From assembly GCA_951406725.2 (NCBI GenBank), contig OX597820.1:100936001-101000000 (forward strand): a stretch of 64,000 nt of DNA, given 5' to 3'. This DNA comes from Octopus vulgaris. Its lineage: Eukaryota. A program made the position numbers and the translations under genes. The notes beneath the pieces were generated by a model, which was given only the letters and a program-made list of their open reading frames with translations, was not told the origin of the DNA and searched no databases. Below, in pieces: positions 1 through 11,935 of this stretch. Numbering within the stretch: position 1 is the stretch's first letter; each line of letters opens with the position of its first letter.

Positions 1-689
1 ACCTATTACTAAAAAATGAAAACAGGGAGCAAAACTGCTAAAGAAAAACCTGACGAAAATATTTCAAAAATAAACAAAAACACAAAAGATGAATTAATTT
101 ACATTTTTATATTTGTTATAAATACTGTATGAGAATGAATTTCAGGAAAAATAATGATCTCGGGCAAATTTCTTGCTTGGTTGTCAAACTCAATCTGATT
201 AGCTGATAATAGCAATTAGTGAAATACATTCAATGCTTGCTTGATGGCACACATAAAAATAAATTATTTGTATTTAGCTAAGAGGGTCCATGATTAATTA
301 TCAATTATTTGTTCAAGCTATGAAAATCCTCTGCTTGTCTTTTTACTGTTTATAATTTCATGTTTTATTTTGTTTTGTTTTTTTTAATGTACTACTTTGG
401 TTACAAACATGCAAATATGACCTGTGTGGTTGAGAAACTTGCTTGCCAACTATGCCTTGGGGTTCAGTCCCACTACACAATAGCTTGGGTGAGTATTTAA
501 AACATCATTTAGAAATGTCTGCCACGTTTCAGTATTGTTTCTCATTTTATCATTCTTGCCTTGTCCTTTCTCACCAAAGGCATCCTTGCAGAGATGTTAT
601 TTGCTTTCTATCATAGGCTTAGGTTGATCAAAGCCTTGTGGGTGGATATTGTTGATAGAAACAGCGAGAAGCCTATTGTACTTACTTAC

Positions 690-1330
690 TTGTACTTGTG
701 ACGGCATTCACCCAGGGCAGGTTGAGCCAGCTTCTTCTCTGGTCCTGACGGCATCATGAACCATGGCGGCCCACGCCCGATGGTCATGTGCGAGGTCACT
801 GGAGATAGCGAGCCATTCGCGGTTCCATCTGCGCAGACCAACCACCTGCAGACCTGGGAGTTCGGAGAGGTCCTCCTTTATCGTCGCTGCCCAGGTCTTC
901 AGCTGCCCACCCATGCATTTGTGCCAACCCCTCCTCAAAGTAGTAGGGTGATGTAAATGGGCAGTGTCAGAGCCATGCCATCAGGAACTTCGGTTCCTGG
1001 TAGGGCCACTCAAGGCGGATTGGTCTGGCACTGAGCAGTATTAGGACCACAGCCTGGCCAACTAATCCCCTATAGAACTTCATAGTCAAACTTCCACCAT
1101 CTGCATTGCCCACCTGTAGAGAGCTGTAAGTGCTTTCTGATACTCCAGGTGCCGAGCACCCTTTCTTGGTCTATGTTTGCTCCAGGACTGTAGCTCCATC
1201 AATGAGATGAGCTGCGGAAAATCCTGTGTGACAAACGGTGACCACTCCTACTTACTGTTAAGTAAGCACTGGAGATGTTGTAGCCGCAGCACACTTAACA
1301 CTGTAACGATGTTCTCATCTCTTAATGTCA
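690..1330 (-). mobile_element. Internally deleted RTE-clade LINE derivative (5'UTR-like part fused to ORF C-terminus, (TAAG)n tail)
   Basis: Minus ORF 708-938 GGQLKTWAATIKEDL...RRWNREWL..LAHDHRAW resembles RTE ORF C-termini. A (TAAG)n tail lies at ~680-690. The motif CCCTACCAGGAACCGAAGTTCCTGATGGCATGGCTC (minus, ~970-1005) resembles RTE/Expander 5'UTR motifs. Confidence 0.7.
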
Positions 1331-1359
1331 CTGACCAAACAACTAACAAGAGGTGAACT

Positions 1360-1628
1360 ATTCAAACCCCAAAGAATCCCTCTCAACACATGGCTATGAT
1401 GCTCCCCCACTACTTCTGCTTGTGATCAGAGATGCACATATCGTCAGCCACTAAGGGACATGCTCAACTGGTTAAGGTCAAACAACTGACAAGCAAATCT
1501 GTGGTATTGAGCAGAATATTTGCTGTAGCCCATCTTTTATACCAAGACAAAACAATGTACATGATAACACTTCTAATCAGTTAAGATCAGAAGCCATGAG
1601 AGCCACTGCCTGGTACTGCATCAGGGCA

Positions 1629-1630
<2 letters not shown>
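1360..1630 (+). mobile_element. Short interspersed repeat with (ATT)n tail
   Basis: A second partial copy lies at ~61452-61615. A 3' hairpin (TGCCTG..CAGGGCA) is followed by (ATT)n. Confidence 0.6.
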
Positions 1631-1662
<32 letters not shown>

Positions 1663-1790
1663 GTTGTTGTTGTTGTTGTTGTTCTTCTTCTTCTTCTTCT
1701 TCTTCTTCTTCTTCTTCTTCTTCTTCTTCTTCTTCTTCTTCTTCTTCTTGCTGCTGCTGCTGCTGCTGCTGCTGTTGTTGATGTAGTTGA

Positions 1791-1833
<43 letters not shown>

Positions 1834-1848
1834 ATTATTATTATTATT
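1631..1848. repeat. Compound trinucleotide microsatellite (ATT)(GTT)(CTT)(GCT)
   Basis: Read directly from the sequence. Confidence 0.95.
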
Positions 1849-1849
1849 T

Positions 1850-2242
1850 AAGGCAGCAAGCTTGCTGAATCATTAACATGGGCAAAATGCTTAGTGACAT
1901 TTCATCTGTCTTCATGTTCTGAGTTCAAATTCCGCCAAAATCAACATTGCCTTTCATCCTCTCAGGGTCAATAAATTAAGGATCAGTAAAACACTGGGTC
2001 AATGTAATCGACTAGTCTCCTCTAGCCCCAAAAGTTTCAGGCTTTGTGTCTTTAGTAGACAAGATTATTATTATAATTACTAAGGCTTACTGAGCTTACT
2101 GAGTTCAAATTCTGCTGAAGTCAACTTTGCCTTTCATCCTTTTGGGGTTGATTAAATAAGTACCAGTTGAGCACTGGAGTCAATGTAATCAGTTACTCCC
2201 CTCCCTCAAATTTCAGGCTTTGTACCTATAGCAGAAAGGATT
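1850..2242 (+). mobile_element. Two SINE family C copies (one 5'-truncated)
   Basis: GAGTTCAAAT B-box-like motif and TTGCCTTTCATCCT core shared with the copies at 13618, 27622, 31412 and 63701. Confidence 0.8.
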
Positions 2243-2329
2243 GTCATCATCGTCATAATCATTGTCATCGTCATCATCATCATCAACATCATCATCATTA
2301 TTATTATTATTTTCATATACACTCAACAG

Positions 2330-2671
2330 ATTAGACAGCTGGAAAAGAAAAGAATCCTAACATTAGGCTACCGTAGCCTTAGATGCCAAGAACCCTCCTA
2401 AGTATCCTAGCTGTCCCTAATAACACTGTTTTCTGGAGCCGTACTAAACTGGGTTTTATTCCTATTTCCTCTATCCATCTGTTCAGATCTTTAGGGATAG
2501 TTCCCAATGCACCTATAGCTACTAGGATACATCTTACCCACACTTTTCATAGACTCTGTAATTAAATAGCTAGGTCCTGGTACTTTGCTATTTTTTCTAT
2601 ACCTCTCGTATTAATTTTTTCATCATTTGGGACCGTAAAGTCAATTATCTGGCACTTTCCATTCTCTTTAT

Positions 2672-2753
<82 letters not shown>

Positions 2754-3028
2754 CAAATCAGGCCATCTAGCTTCTATTACTCTGTCAGTTTGACTGTTAA
2801 TGTTCCACTACATCTTGTATTTCTTACTTTCTAGTACTTTACTAGGTTCATGTTCATACCATTTATCAATATGTTCAACTCCTAGCTTTCTGCATAGCTC
2901 CCAGTGGATTGCTCTTCCTAGAATCATTATGTCTTTTCTTGTATTATTTCTGTGCCAGCATGCTACATTCATTTACTGTTTGAATTATGCTTTCCTCTTT
3001 TGATTTGCATAATCTACATTGGGAATCT
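2330..3028 (-). mobile_element. R4/Dong-like non-LTR retrotransposon 3' end (Zn knuckle plus restriction-like endonuclease), decayed
   Basis: Minus translation ...HWELCRKLG..KWYEHEP..RWPDL(V)nDKENGKCQIIDFTVPND..EKIAKYQDL..IGALGTIP..LQKTVLLGTARILRRVL. Confidence 0.85.
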
Positions 3029-3156
3029 ATCAGATTGGTGCAAAAGTAATGTCCGATTTCTAGAAAAAATGTTTCAGAGCGAATTAATCAATTTTTTAAC
3101 CTCTTATAGCTTTAAGGAAAGCTGAAGAGGGAGACAGAAAGTTTATTATTATTATC

Positions 3157-3215
<59 letters not shown>

Positions 3216-3229
3216 CATCATCATCATCA

Positions 3230-3298
<69 letters not shown>

Positions 3299-3299
3299 T

Positions 3300-3582
3300 A
3301 TGTTTGACTTTTGCTTTATATTTGTACAAGTTGGCTCCAAGTCTCACCCAGAGACCTCAAGAGACAACAGGGTTGGAAGTTCATGTTGTTGTTATGCCTA
3401 GTGTGCCATATATTTGGGGGGTGGGGGTGTTGTACTAATGAATGTCTAAAAATTTTTTTTTTTTTTGGTTTTTTTTTAAACCGAAAATTATGTTTGTTTT
3501 AAACCTTGAGATTACATAGAAAGTATTTTGCGTAGGATATGAGCAGTTCCCATGAGCACTATCTTTTGAATTTCTGCCATTT
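3300..3582 (-). mobile_element. Second R4/Dong-like 3' end fragment flanked by (TAA)n
   Basis: Minus translation MAEIQKIVLMGTAHILRKILSM* followed by a 3'UTR, with (ATT)n arrays on both sides. Confidence 0.7.
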
Positions 3583-3600
3583 ATTATTATTATTATTATT

Positions 3601-3664
<64 letters not shown>

Positions 3665-3665
<1 letters not shown>

Positions 3666-3900
3666 TAGCAGAGACACCCGGCATTGTTTGGGATTAAAAT
3701 GGCATAGTTTGTATATATATATATATATATTACAGTTATGTTGAAACAGGTGATATGGGAAAGTGCAGCATTGACAACAAAACATTTGTGGAGTAAATGA
3801 TTCAACTAAATGACACGTAATACGTCTATTTGGAGGATTCCAGGCCCTAATCTATCATGAAAAATTGTGAGTGGTGGGGTATGTAATTTTTGAACCCACC
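3665..3900 (-). mobile_element. Probable Helitron 3' terminus (5' extent unclear)
   Basis: Minus strand CCCAAACAATGCCGGGTGTCTCTGCTAG|T matches the hairpin+CTAG ends at 19814, 56524 and 57602. Confidence 0.5.
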
Positions 3901-4304
3901 AAAGAGCTGTCAGTGGATATACTCACCTCTGAGGTGGTCAGTGCTGCATCTAACACAACCCAGCATATGATTGACAGTCAATGAATGGAAGTGTAATGGA
4001 GATATTGTATATGAATGGGTACATTCAGGAAATGGGCTGCAATGGGAGAGGACAACGGTGAAGTGAACGGTTGAAATGTTGCAGAAGGCAACAGGTTGAC
4101 ATTGGATTGCTGGTGAGGCTGTAGAATAAGAAACGTAAAATGAGCCAATGCAGTCACATGAGAATATGTAGTAATGAATTACTTGTAAAAACAAGGCATA
4201 ATATATGTTTATAGTATGTCTGTATTTTTGTATGCAGTGTAAATTAATGAAATATAAGCAAATTACACAATAATTATTAGAGAGAGACAAAAAAATTATA
4301 TATA

Positions 4305-4539
4305 TCGCGTCTGACCACTGTTCGAAGTCAGGATGCCATGATAGATCGTTAGCTCCTACATGTATTTTTTTCTCTCCTTGTTTCTCTCCTTGTTTTTTTC
4401 TGTGTATCTTTCTGTCGAAGAGCGTAGGCTCGAAACGTAAAAGACTTTTTCTATTTCTATTCCTGAGCACCATACTAATACATTTGTTTGCTTGTACTCC
4501 ACCTGCCTTCGTCTTCTGTTTATTTTCGTAAACTTTCCC

Positions 4540-4542
<3 letters not shown>
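4305..4542 (+). mobile_element. Penelope-like pseudo-LTR fragment in (TA)n
   Basis: Contains a minimal hammerhead motif and a T-rich 3' part running into (TA)n. Confidence 0.6.
4407..4444 (+). ncRNA. Minimal type I hammerhead ribozyme motif (A6U core variant)
   Basis: TCTTT-CTGTCGA-A-GAGC(GTAG)GCTC-GAAAC-GTA-AAAGA gives stem I TCTTT/AAAGA, stem II GAGC/GCTC, a palindromic ACGT stem III and a GUA cleavage triplet. Confidence 0.65.
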
Positions 4543-4589
<47 letters not shown>

Positions 4590-4984
4590 GGATAAATTTT
4601 TTAATGTAAAGGTAAATATGTAATTGTAAATACCTTGCAACCATGCAACTGCTGCGATAATTATTAACTGGTAATGGAACAGTAAATGTGTATTTTTATA
4701 TACACCTTGGACCTTGCCTCCTCATTGTTTTTCTTTTTTGAAAAGTTTCACCTCTAGCACTCACATATATGCATTCTGGTATGTCAGTTGTAACATATGT
4801 ATATGTATGTGTAGATGTGTGTGTGTGTGTGTTTCATAACATACATAATGCGAAAACACACACACACTCACAGACACTACACTACTCTCTGTGGTTTGTC
4901 CTCATACCACATCTTGCCTCTCTCTAGCCCCCACTTTTCACACAGTTTCTGATGTAGCACTTTCACTACCTTATCATGTCATCA

Positions 4985-5755
4985 CAACTTGTAGTGGTTT
5001 TGGGCAAGTCTAGGTAATTCATTCATGATATAGGCAATGGTTTCATCCATTCTGTTATAGAGGCAGCACAGCAGAAACACTTGCTCATTCCTAAGGTTGA
5101 TCCTCCAATTCATGAGCAAAGCTTGGTCTTGCGCTGCCAGTATGGTGCTCTCAGTATTTTTGTTCCAGTGCTCCTTTCATCAGCCAATCCCACCTATTTT
5201 TTCTAGCAACTTCAGTTGTGGCGACATGGAATTGATTGTGTAATCCCTTCTTGCATAATTCTTCTTCCTGTCCTTTTTGTACTTCTTCCTTTGTTTTTCC
5301 ATTTTTCTCTGCTTTCAATATTCCCTCACTCCTAACTGTCAATAGCAAGGTTTCCTTACTTCAGGCTAGGCATTTCATTAAACTCTAGAGTTCAATACAC
5401 GTGTAGTCTTCCATACTTATCAGTCCCCTTCCTCCATTTGCTGTTTTCATGTATAGGCGATTAGTGTCTGCACGTGGATGATGGGCTCCACGCATCATTA
5501 GGAGCTTTCTTGTCTTCCTGTCCATCTCCTTTAGCTCTTCCACTACCCACTTCAGGATTCCAGTGCCATACCAAACTACTGTGACTGTGCATGAGTTTAT
5601 TGCTGAAATTATGTTTCTGACATTCAGCTTTGAAGCCAATATTTGTCTCTCTTGCCACAGGTACTGTTTCTATGTCTTTTCTTTCATATTGTGTTTAATT
5701 CCATCTTCTTTAAGTATTCCCAGGTATTTATAACTGGATTGAGGTTCAGTTGCCA
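4985..5755 (-). mobile_element. R4/Dong-like reverse transcriptase C-terminal/thumb fragment, decayed
   Basis: YKYLGILKED...SKLNVRNIISAINS...ELKEMDRKTRKLL...HPRADTNRLYMKTANGGRGLIS...ESTILAAQDQAL. Confidence 0.85.
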
Positions 5756-5778
5756 TTATTATTATTATTATTATTATT

Positions 5779-5837
<59 letters not shown>

Positions 5838-5869
5838 TGGCATCATCATCATCGGCATCATCATCATCG

Positions 5870-5917
<48 letters not shown>

Positions 5918-5978
5918 GCACCATCATCATCACCACCAATATCGTCGTCGTCACCATCATCATCATCATCATCATTAT
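5755..5978. repeat. (ATT)n/(CAT)n microsatellite
   Basis: Read directly from the sequence. Confidence 0.95.
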
Positions 5979-5979
5979 C

Positions 5980-7220
5980 AGTGGTCTTGGGATGTGATCC
6001 TTAATGATGCAGCACCACGCTTTAAGGCTATCACACCTACAGAAATATCTAAATCACTGCGATGAGGTGGATGAAGATGATGTCGAAAATAACAGTGAAC
6101 TGGTGTGGGCGTTTTTGTGCAACACATCTTTCTGCAGCTCATCTCATTGACAGAGCTGCAAATGTTGACCAAGGTTGGGCATTTGTTATCTAGAATGCTG
6201 CCAGGTGCTCACTGCATTGTACCAGCTGCCCAAAACTGGTAGCAGGATAACAACCCAAGATTTCTGTAGGGGTCTAGGTGAGGTTATGAGTGGTGATAGC
6301 CTAGGATTAAATCTAGGCATCAACAAGAACAGTCTGAGTAGTCTCTGCTGGAAAACTTTCAGGTTGAAGATCATGGACAGTTTCCAAAAGTCTTTGATTT
6401 GGCAGTGCTACAGAGGGGCATTGCTTGTTTGAGACAAGCTCTTCAGGCATGGCAGTGCCAACAGCCAAACCTGCCTAAAATGCTTGCAGGGAGACAAAAC
6501 CGTCCTGCATGCAATAATTCAGTGTCCATGCATTAGAGAGTTGTGGAATTGTGTGCAGCAGCTGTTGTTGTGTCTAAGATGAATCCAGCAGTCTGCTGAG
6601 TGTATAGGGAAGATCAATGCACCACCTTTCCTTAGCAGAGAAGGAATGTAGATCTTTCTCTGCTTAGTGGCTGTGGCAAAAAGAGGCTGTGTGTATAGGG
6701 ACCCATCTGAAAGGTTTGAAAACAGGCACATTTCTATCTGGTCAAGCCCTTATCAATTTCTTCAAATTTCATTTGAAGAGGAAGGTAAGAGTAGAGAGGG
6801 AGGTACTGCCTTCTAGTGTATTTATCAAAAGGTGGTCGACAGTGGCAAGACTGGTGAGACTGAATGGATCTACTTAATATTTTTCTAAGCCAGAGGGAAG
6901 ACACTTGAAGAGGGCACTTTTCCATACCTTGGAGATGGCAGAGTAATATGGGGTTTTTGAGTGGGGTTTACCCCAGATTGCCCTAAATGGACTGCCCCAC
7001 TATTGAGAATTCTGCTTATTTATTTATTTATTATCTATATCTCTATTTTCTATTTTATATCCTCTGTTATATCCTTTAATGAGGTAGTATCTCCCCTTCA
7101 TTGATGTAAACCCCACATGCTTTTATTTTTGGGTTCTTTTTGTAATATTTTTTCGTGCTGTAACTTGTCCTTCAATATTGCCCTGCATGTCTTGGGCACT
7201 TGTAGACAATAAAGGAAATC
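5980..7220 (+). mobile_element. L1/Tx1-clade LINE 3' fragment with CCHC (zf-RVT-like) motif and 3'UTR
   Basis: FQKSLIWQCYRGALLV*DKLFRHG..TCLKCLQGDKTVLHAIIQCP..LWN. AATAAA at ~7208 is followed by an (ATT)n tail. Confidence 0.8.
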
Positions 7221-7266
7221 ATTATTATTATTGTTATTATTATTTCCCTAGTGGCAAATAAAAGAA

Positions 7267-7647
7267 ATGATGATGATGATGATGATGATGACGTTGATGA
7301 CGATGATAGTGGTGGTGATGGCATTGGTGGAGGTAACGATGGTGATGATGGTGGTGGTGGTAGTGGTGGTAACGATGATGATGATGATGACAAGTGATGC
7401 TGACGATGATGATGGTGGTAATGATGATGGTGGTGGTGGTGGTGGTGATGATGATGATGATGATGATGATGATGACGATGATAGTGGTGGTCATGGCAGT
7501 GGTGGAGGTAACGATGATGATGATGGTGGTGGTGGTAACGATGATGATGATGACAAATGATGCTGACGATGATGATGGTGGTAATGATGATGGTGGTGGT
7601 GGTGGTGGTGGTGGTGGTGGTGGTGGTGGTGGTGGTGGTGGTGATGG

Positions 7648-7704
<57 letters not shown>

Positions 7705-7726
7705 GGAGGAGGAGGAGGAGGAGGAG
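7267..7726. repeat. Compound (GAT)/(GGT)/(GAG) repeat with a duplicated ~165-bp higher-order unit
   Basis: TGATGCTGACGATGATGATGGTGGTAATGATG recurs at ~7395 and ~7558. Confidence 0.9.
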
Positions 7727-8311
7727 GTTGTACTTGCTTATGTGCATACATAAATGTGTACTTATATCTCAGTAACTATTCTATTTTCATCTAAACCCTT
7801 CATCAATGCTGGCATTTGAGCCGATATGAAGCTAAGCATACATCAGCAAACCTAATTTGGATGCAGGTATTAAAATCCTGTCAAACATCGATATGAAAAT
7901 ATGATATAGATTAAATGAACAAAACATAAGGGACTAATAAGGAATTATGAAAAATCCTTATTAAAAGATTTAGAAGTAAATTATTGCGGTGGTTTGGATA
8001 ATAACAACACAGATTGGAAAGATAAAAGTAAAGCCTTATGTATGTATGTGGGTGCATGTGTGTGCATAGCTGTGTGCATGTGTATGAGTGTGGGGCAAAA
8101 AGCGAAGGAGAGTGAGAGATAGAGAGAGATGTGGGGAGAAAAAGAGAGAGGCCCAGAAATAGAAAGGATTTTGTTAGCAACACGTAAGGGAATTTCCAGT
8201 ATAATGGGCTTTCATTCAATATCAAAAATGATTAAATTTTGTTGAGTATTGATGAGATTTACCCATTTTTACATGTGATGACAAAAACACTCAGTAAATT
8301 GTTAGTGGCTT

Positions 8312-8640
8312 GAAGGCACACGGCTCAGTGTTCAGGGTGTTGCACTCACAATCGCAAGATCATGGTTTCAATTCCCAGGCTAGCTATACATTGTGTTTTT
8401 GAGCAAAACACTTCATTTTTTTTACATTGTCCCCAGCCATTCTGTTGTAAATTGGCCACCTTATACAGAATAGCTTGCAAGGGTGAGATTGTGACTCAGG
8501 AAAATTACACAAATCGAATAGGGGTTTCACAGACCGCATTTTATATTCAGCAATCAAAAAAGATGAATAGTAAAATCCATACAGTGAATCCCAACTGACT
8601 GAGGCTGGTTGTTCAGCAACATCAATGGATGATGATGATA
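8312..8640 (+). mobile_element. Decayed tRNA-derived SINE with CORE-like body
   Basis: GGCTCAGTG..GTTTCAATTCCC head. The TTGAGCAAAACACTTCATTT body is shared with 39590 and 39898. Confidence 0.65.
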
Positions 8641-9093
8641 AATGGAATGAATTTAGCATTACCTGTACAATAGTGACATTATCCTTGAGACTGGAACACA
8701 ACTAATATCAAATAAAAACCATTCCTAGTACATCTATAAGAGATATTATCTCAAGAAAAATATCACAGTAAATTTAGTTTTCTGTGAGGTAACTGCATTC
8801 TCTATGATACACAGCATGCTATTTTAAACTAAAACTGCTTCTGTTGCTCATAACAAATTTTTATTTAGCTGGATGGCTAATTGCAACATCAGTGATTTTT
8901 CAGCCACTGTTTTCTTACATCAGCGACAATTGATTTTGACATACCATGTGATTGCTTGTAGATACTTGCTATTGATGAAGTTCAGATAGTAGAAATGCAC
9001 ATCTAGAAATAACATCACCACTACTGGATGATATTCATCTGCTACTAATATATTTTTGTGTTTTTTTAACACAGTATGTCCATAAGAGATATT

Positions 9094-9478
9094 GGTGGAA
9101 GCTCTCCGTCGGTTACGACGACGAGGGTTCCGGTTGATCCGACCAACGGAACAGCCTGCTCGTGAAATTAACGTGTAAGTGGCTGAGCACTCTACAGACA
9201 CATGTACCCTTAACGTAGTTCTCGGGGATATTCAGCGTGACACAGAGAGTGACAAGGCCGGCCCTTTGAAACACAGGTACAACAGAAACAGGAAGTAAGT
9301 GTGAGAGAAAGTTGTGGTGAAAGAGTACAGCAGGGATCACCACCATCCCCTGCCAGAGCCTCGTGGAGCTTTAGGTGATTTCGCTCAATAAACACTCACA
9401 ACGCCCGGTCTGGGAATTGAAACCGCGATCCTATGACCGCGAGTCTGCTGCCCTAACCACTGGGCCATTGCGCCTCCA
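9094..9478 (-). mobile_element. tRNA-derived SINE family B, full length
   Basis: A-box TGGCCCAGTGG and B-box GTTTCAATTCC. 13-bp TSD CATAAGAGATATT at 9081-9093 and 9479-9491. Confidence 0.9.
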
Positions 9479-9729
9479 CATAAGAGATATTATCTCAGAT
9501 TGAACACCACAATTAATATGCTTTCCATGATATATCTGCATTTAGTATGATACACAGATTGCTATTTAAAATAATTACATCATAGTAAACATCAGCTAAC
9601 AGGTTTAAAATAACCAATATAGTTGTTGCAGAAGTAGACGTGACATATATATAAAATTGTTCAACAGAATTCTGATTAAAGGCTTGAATAATTTATTGCA
9701 AATATGTTAATCTCATTATAGAGCATTTT

Positions 9730-9814
9730 CGGCAAGTGTCTTTTCTATAACTCCAAGCCTAACAAATTTTTGTGAATTAATTCAGTAGATGGAATCTGAG
9801 AGAAGCCTGTTGTA

Positions 9815-9857
<43 letters not shown>

Positions 9858-10255
9858 ACATGTGTATGCATGTGTGTGAGTGTGCATGCCTATGTGTGCA
9901 TGCACATACACGTGCATGTGTGTGTATGTATGTATGTGTGTGTGTGTGTGTGCGTGTGAGCATGTGTATGTGTGTTAGCATGCATGCACACGCACACGTG
10001 TGTGTGTGTTAGCATGTGTGTGTGTGTGTGTTTGTGAGTGGTTATGTTTGTATTTGACTTCCACCACCACTCAGCAACCAGTGTTGGTAGTTTATATCCC
10101 AATAACTTAGCATTTCATCAACAGAGACCAATAGAATAAGTACCAGGATTTCAAAGTATGTACTGAGGAAGATTTGTTTGACTAAACTTTTCAAAAGTGG
10201 TGCCTTGCCATGGCTGCAATCCAATGAGTGAACGAGGTAAAAAGTAAAAAACAAA
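9730..10255 (+). mobile_element. SINE family A, diverged and 5'-truncated, with internal (TG)n
   Basis: Similar to the full copies, e.g. 38159-38560. Confidence 0.75.
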
Positions 10256-10659
10256 AAGTAAAAGGTACATCAGAACTGAGGCTTAGACATCCAAGATGAT
10301 AAAATTCTGATGAACTCTTTAAAAAGTCAAGCATTTGTGTTGCTGTTGTTGTTAAGCAACAAGACAGGTAAGGGTGATTAGGTGATGGCCTAGGGCTTAG
10401 GGGCAGGAGACCCCAGACCTTGGTAAAAAAAAAAAAAACTTTGGTCTTCTTGTTGCCCGACACCACTGGAAGGTGGCCCTCAAAGTCACCATAAATGGAG
10501 ATCTCCAGGTCCAAATTCTTGAACAGTAGCATTTGTGTTGTAATTCATGATCAACTGATTTTGCAAGCTCTTCTGCAAACGAATGCTACATGTAGAAGTT
10601 ACTGAAGTAGGAAATGAGTACAGTGTATAATTGGTGAATGAATTTTGTTACTTTACAAT

Positions 10660-10749
10660 TTATATTGAAATTCTTCTCTGATTATTGCTTGGAGAGACAC
10701 AGGGTCCACTTGGGGAACTTGCTCTAGATACACTGACTTGCTCTCTATC
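10660..10749 (-). CDS. Candidate terminal coding exon (DREQVSVSRASSPSGPCVSPSNNQRRISI*), gene unknown
   Basis: Acceptor ttattttgctgtcag, 30 codons to TAA, non-repetitive Ser/Pro-rich peptide. No upstream exon could be linked with confidence. Confidence 0.3.
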   Translation of the reverse strand, partial: DREQVSVSRASSPSGPCVSPSNNQRRISI

Positions 10750-10817
10750 CTGACAGCAAAATAACTGGGTCCCATTAATTTCATATGTTGTACTTAAAGG
10801 CATCAGCATTGTCATCG

Positions 10818-10855
<38 letters not shown>

Positions 10856-10944
10856 GTCGTCGTCGTCGTCGTCGTCATCGTCATCGTCATCATCATCACC
10901 ATCATCATCGTCATCGTCATCATCATCGTCATCATCATCATCAT

Positions 10945-10982
<38 letters not shown>

Positions 10983-11770
10983 TGTTATTATAATGTCAAC
11001 TTTTCCATGTTTGCAGGAGTCAGATAGAATCTATTGAGGCAGATCTTCTATAGCTTGATACTTTTCCAGTTGCAAACCCTCAACTGTTTCCAAGCAAGTT
11101 AATATTTCCTCAAGGCCAGACTTGTTTTCATGAAAGATTTGAAATAAAGGACACTGCTTGTATAACAGTGATGCTTGTTTACAACTATTGAGAAACGTCA
11201 AAACAAATGCACATATACCCATGCACACATACAGCCACACATTTACACACACATGCACACACATATGCACATACATACACAATTGCATACATATGTACAA
11301 TGGACTTCTTACAGCTTCCATCAACCAAGTCCACTGACAAGGTTTTGGTCAGCCCAAGGCTATAGATGAAGACACTTGCTCGAAATGCCTAGCTGTAGGA
11401 CGGAACCTAAAACCATGTGGTTGGGAAGTGAAGTTCTTAACAACGCAGCCACGCCTACATCTATCACCTGAACAAAATTTAGTGAAAAGACACTATCATA
11501 CTCTGAAGATGTTTCCTTACCTGCCTCTTCTGTGGCCTCCAACAAAACTTGGGTATATACAGATCAGACAGCAGAAGAAACATTGCACTCCCAGACTGCT
11601 AAACTGTTCTCCACACAACAAACTATTGCCCGTCTTCAATCAGATGTTCAACTACTTATGTAGATGTTCAATCAGGATTGAACATAATCGAACAGAGCTA
11701 TATAACAACCACAATAACAACAATAACAGCAACAACAATCGCATATAAATTTACCTGAATCATTTATCAT

Positions 11771-11935
11771 ATATTCAATCCTTTTGGTGTCAAACTACCT
11801 GAGACTACTCCTAGTGCAATGATCGTATATTCAATCCTTTTGGTGCCAAACTACCTGAGACTACTCCTAGTGCAATGATCGTATATTCAATCCTTTTGGT
11901 GCCAAACTACCTGAGACTACTCCTAGTGCGATGAT
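11771..11935. repeat. 56-bp tandem repeat x3 (left end of a decayed TTAA-type MITE extending to ~12118)
   Basis: Units start at 11771, 11827 and 11883. Downstream sequence resembles the MITE at 32282-32501. Confidence 0.85.

Noticed and set aside
3910-4644. 244-aa minus-strand ORF, the longest in the track
   Set aside because: It crosses a (TA)n array and an antisense Penelope-like repeat and has no recognisable domain.
5643-7775. Poly-His/Ser/Met/Asp ORFs (also at 1596, 3096, 10660-11027 and 12906-13461)
   Set aside because: They are translations of trinucleotide microsatellites, open in several frames and on both strands.
11771-11935. CRISPR-like array (also 37275-37500 and 24620-24863)
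   Set aside because: These are contiguous tandem units without unique spacers, in a eukaryotic context with no cas genes.
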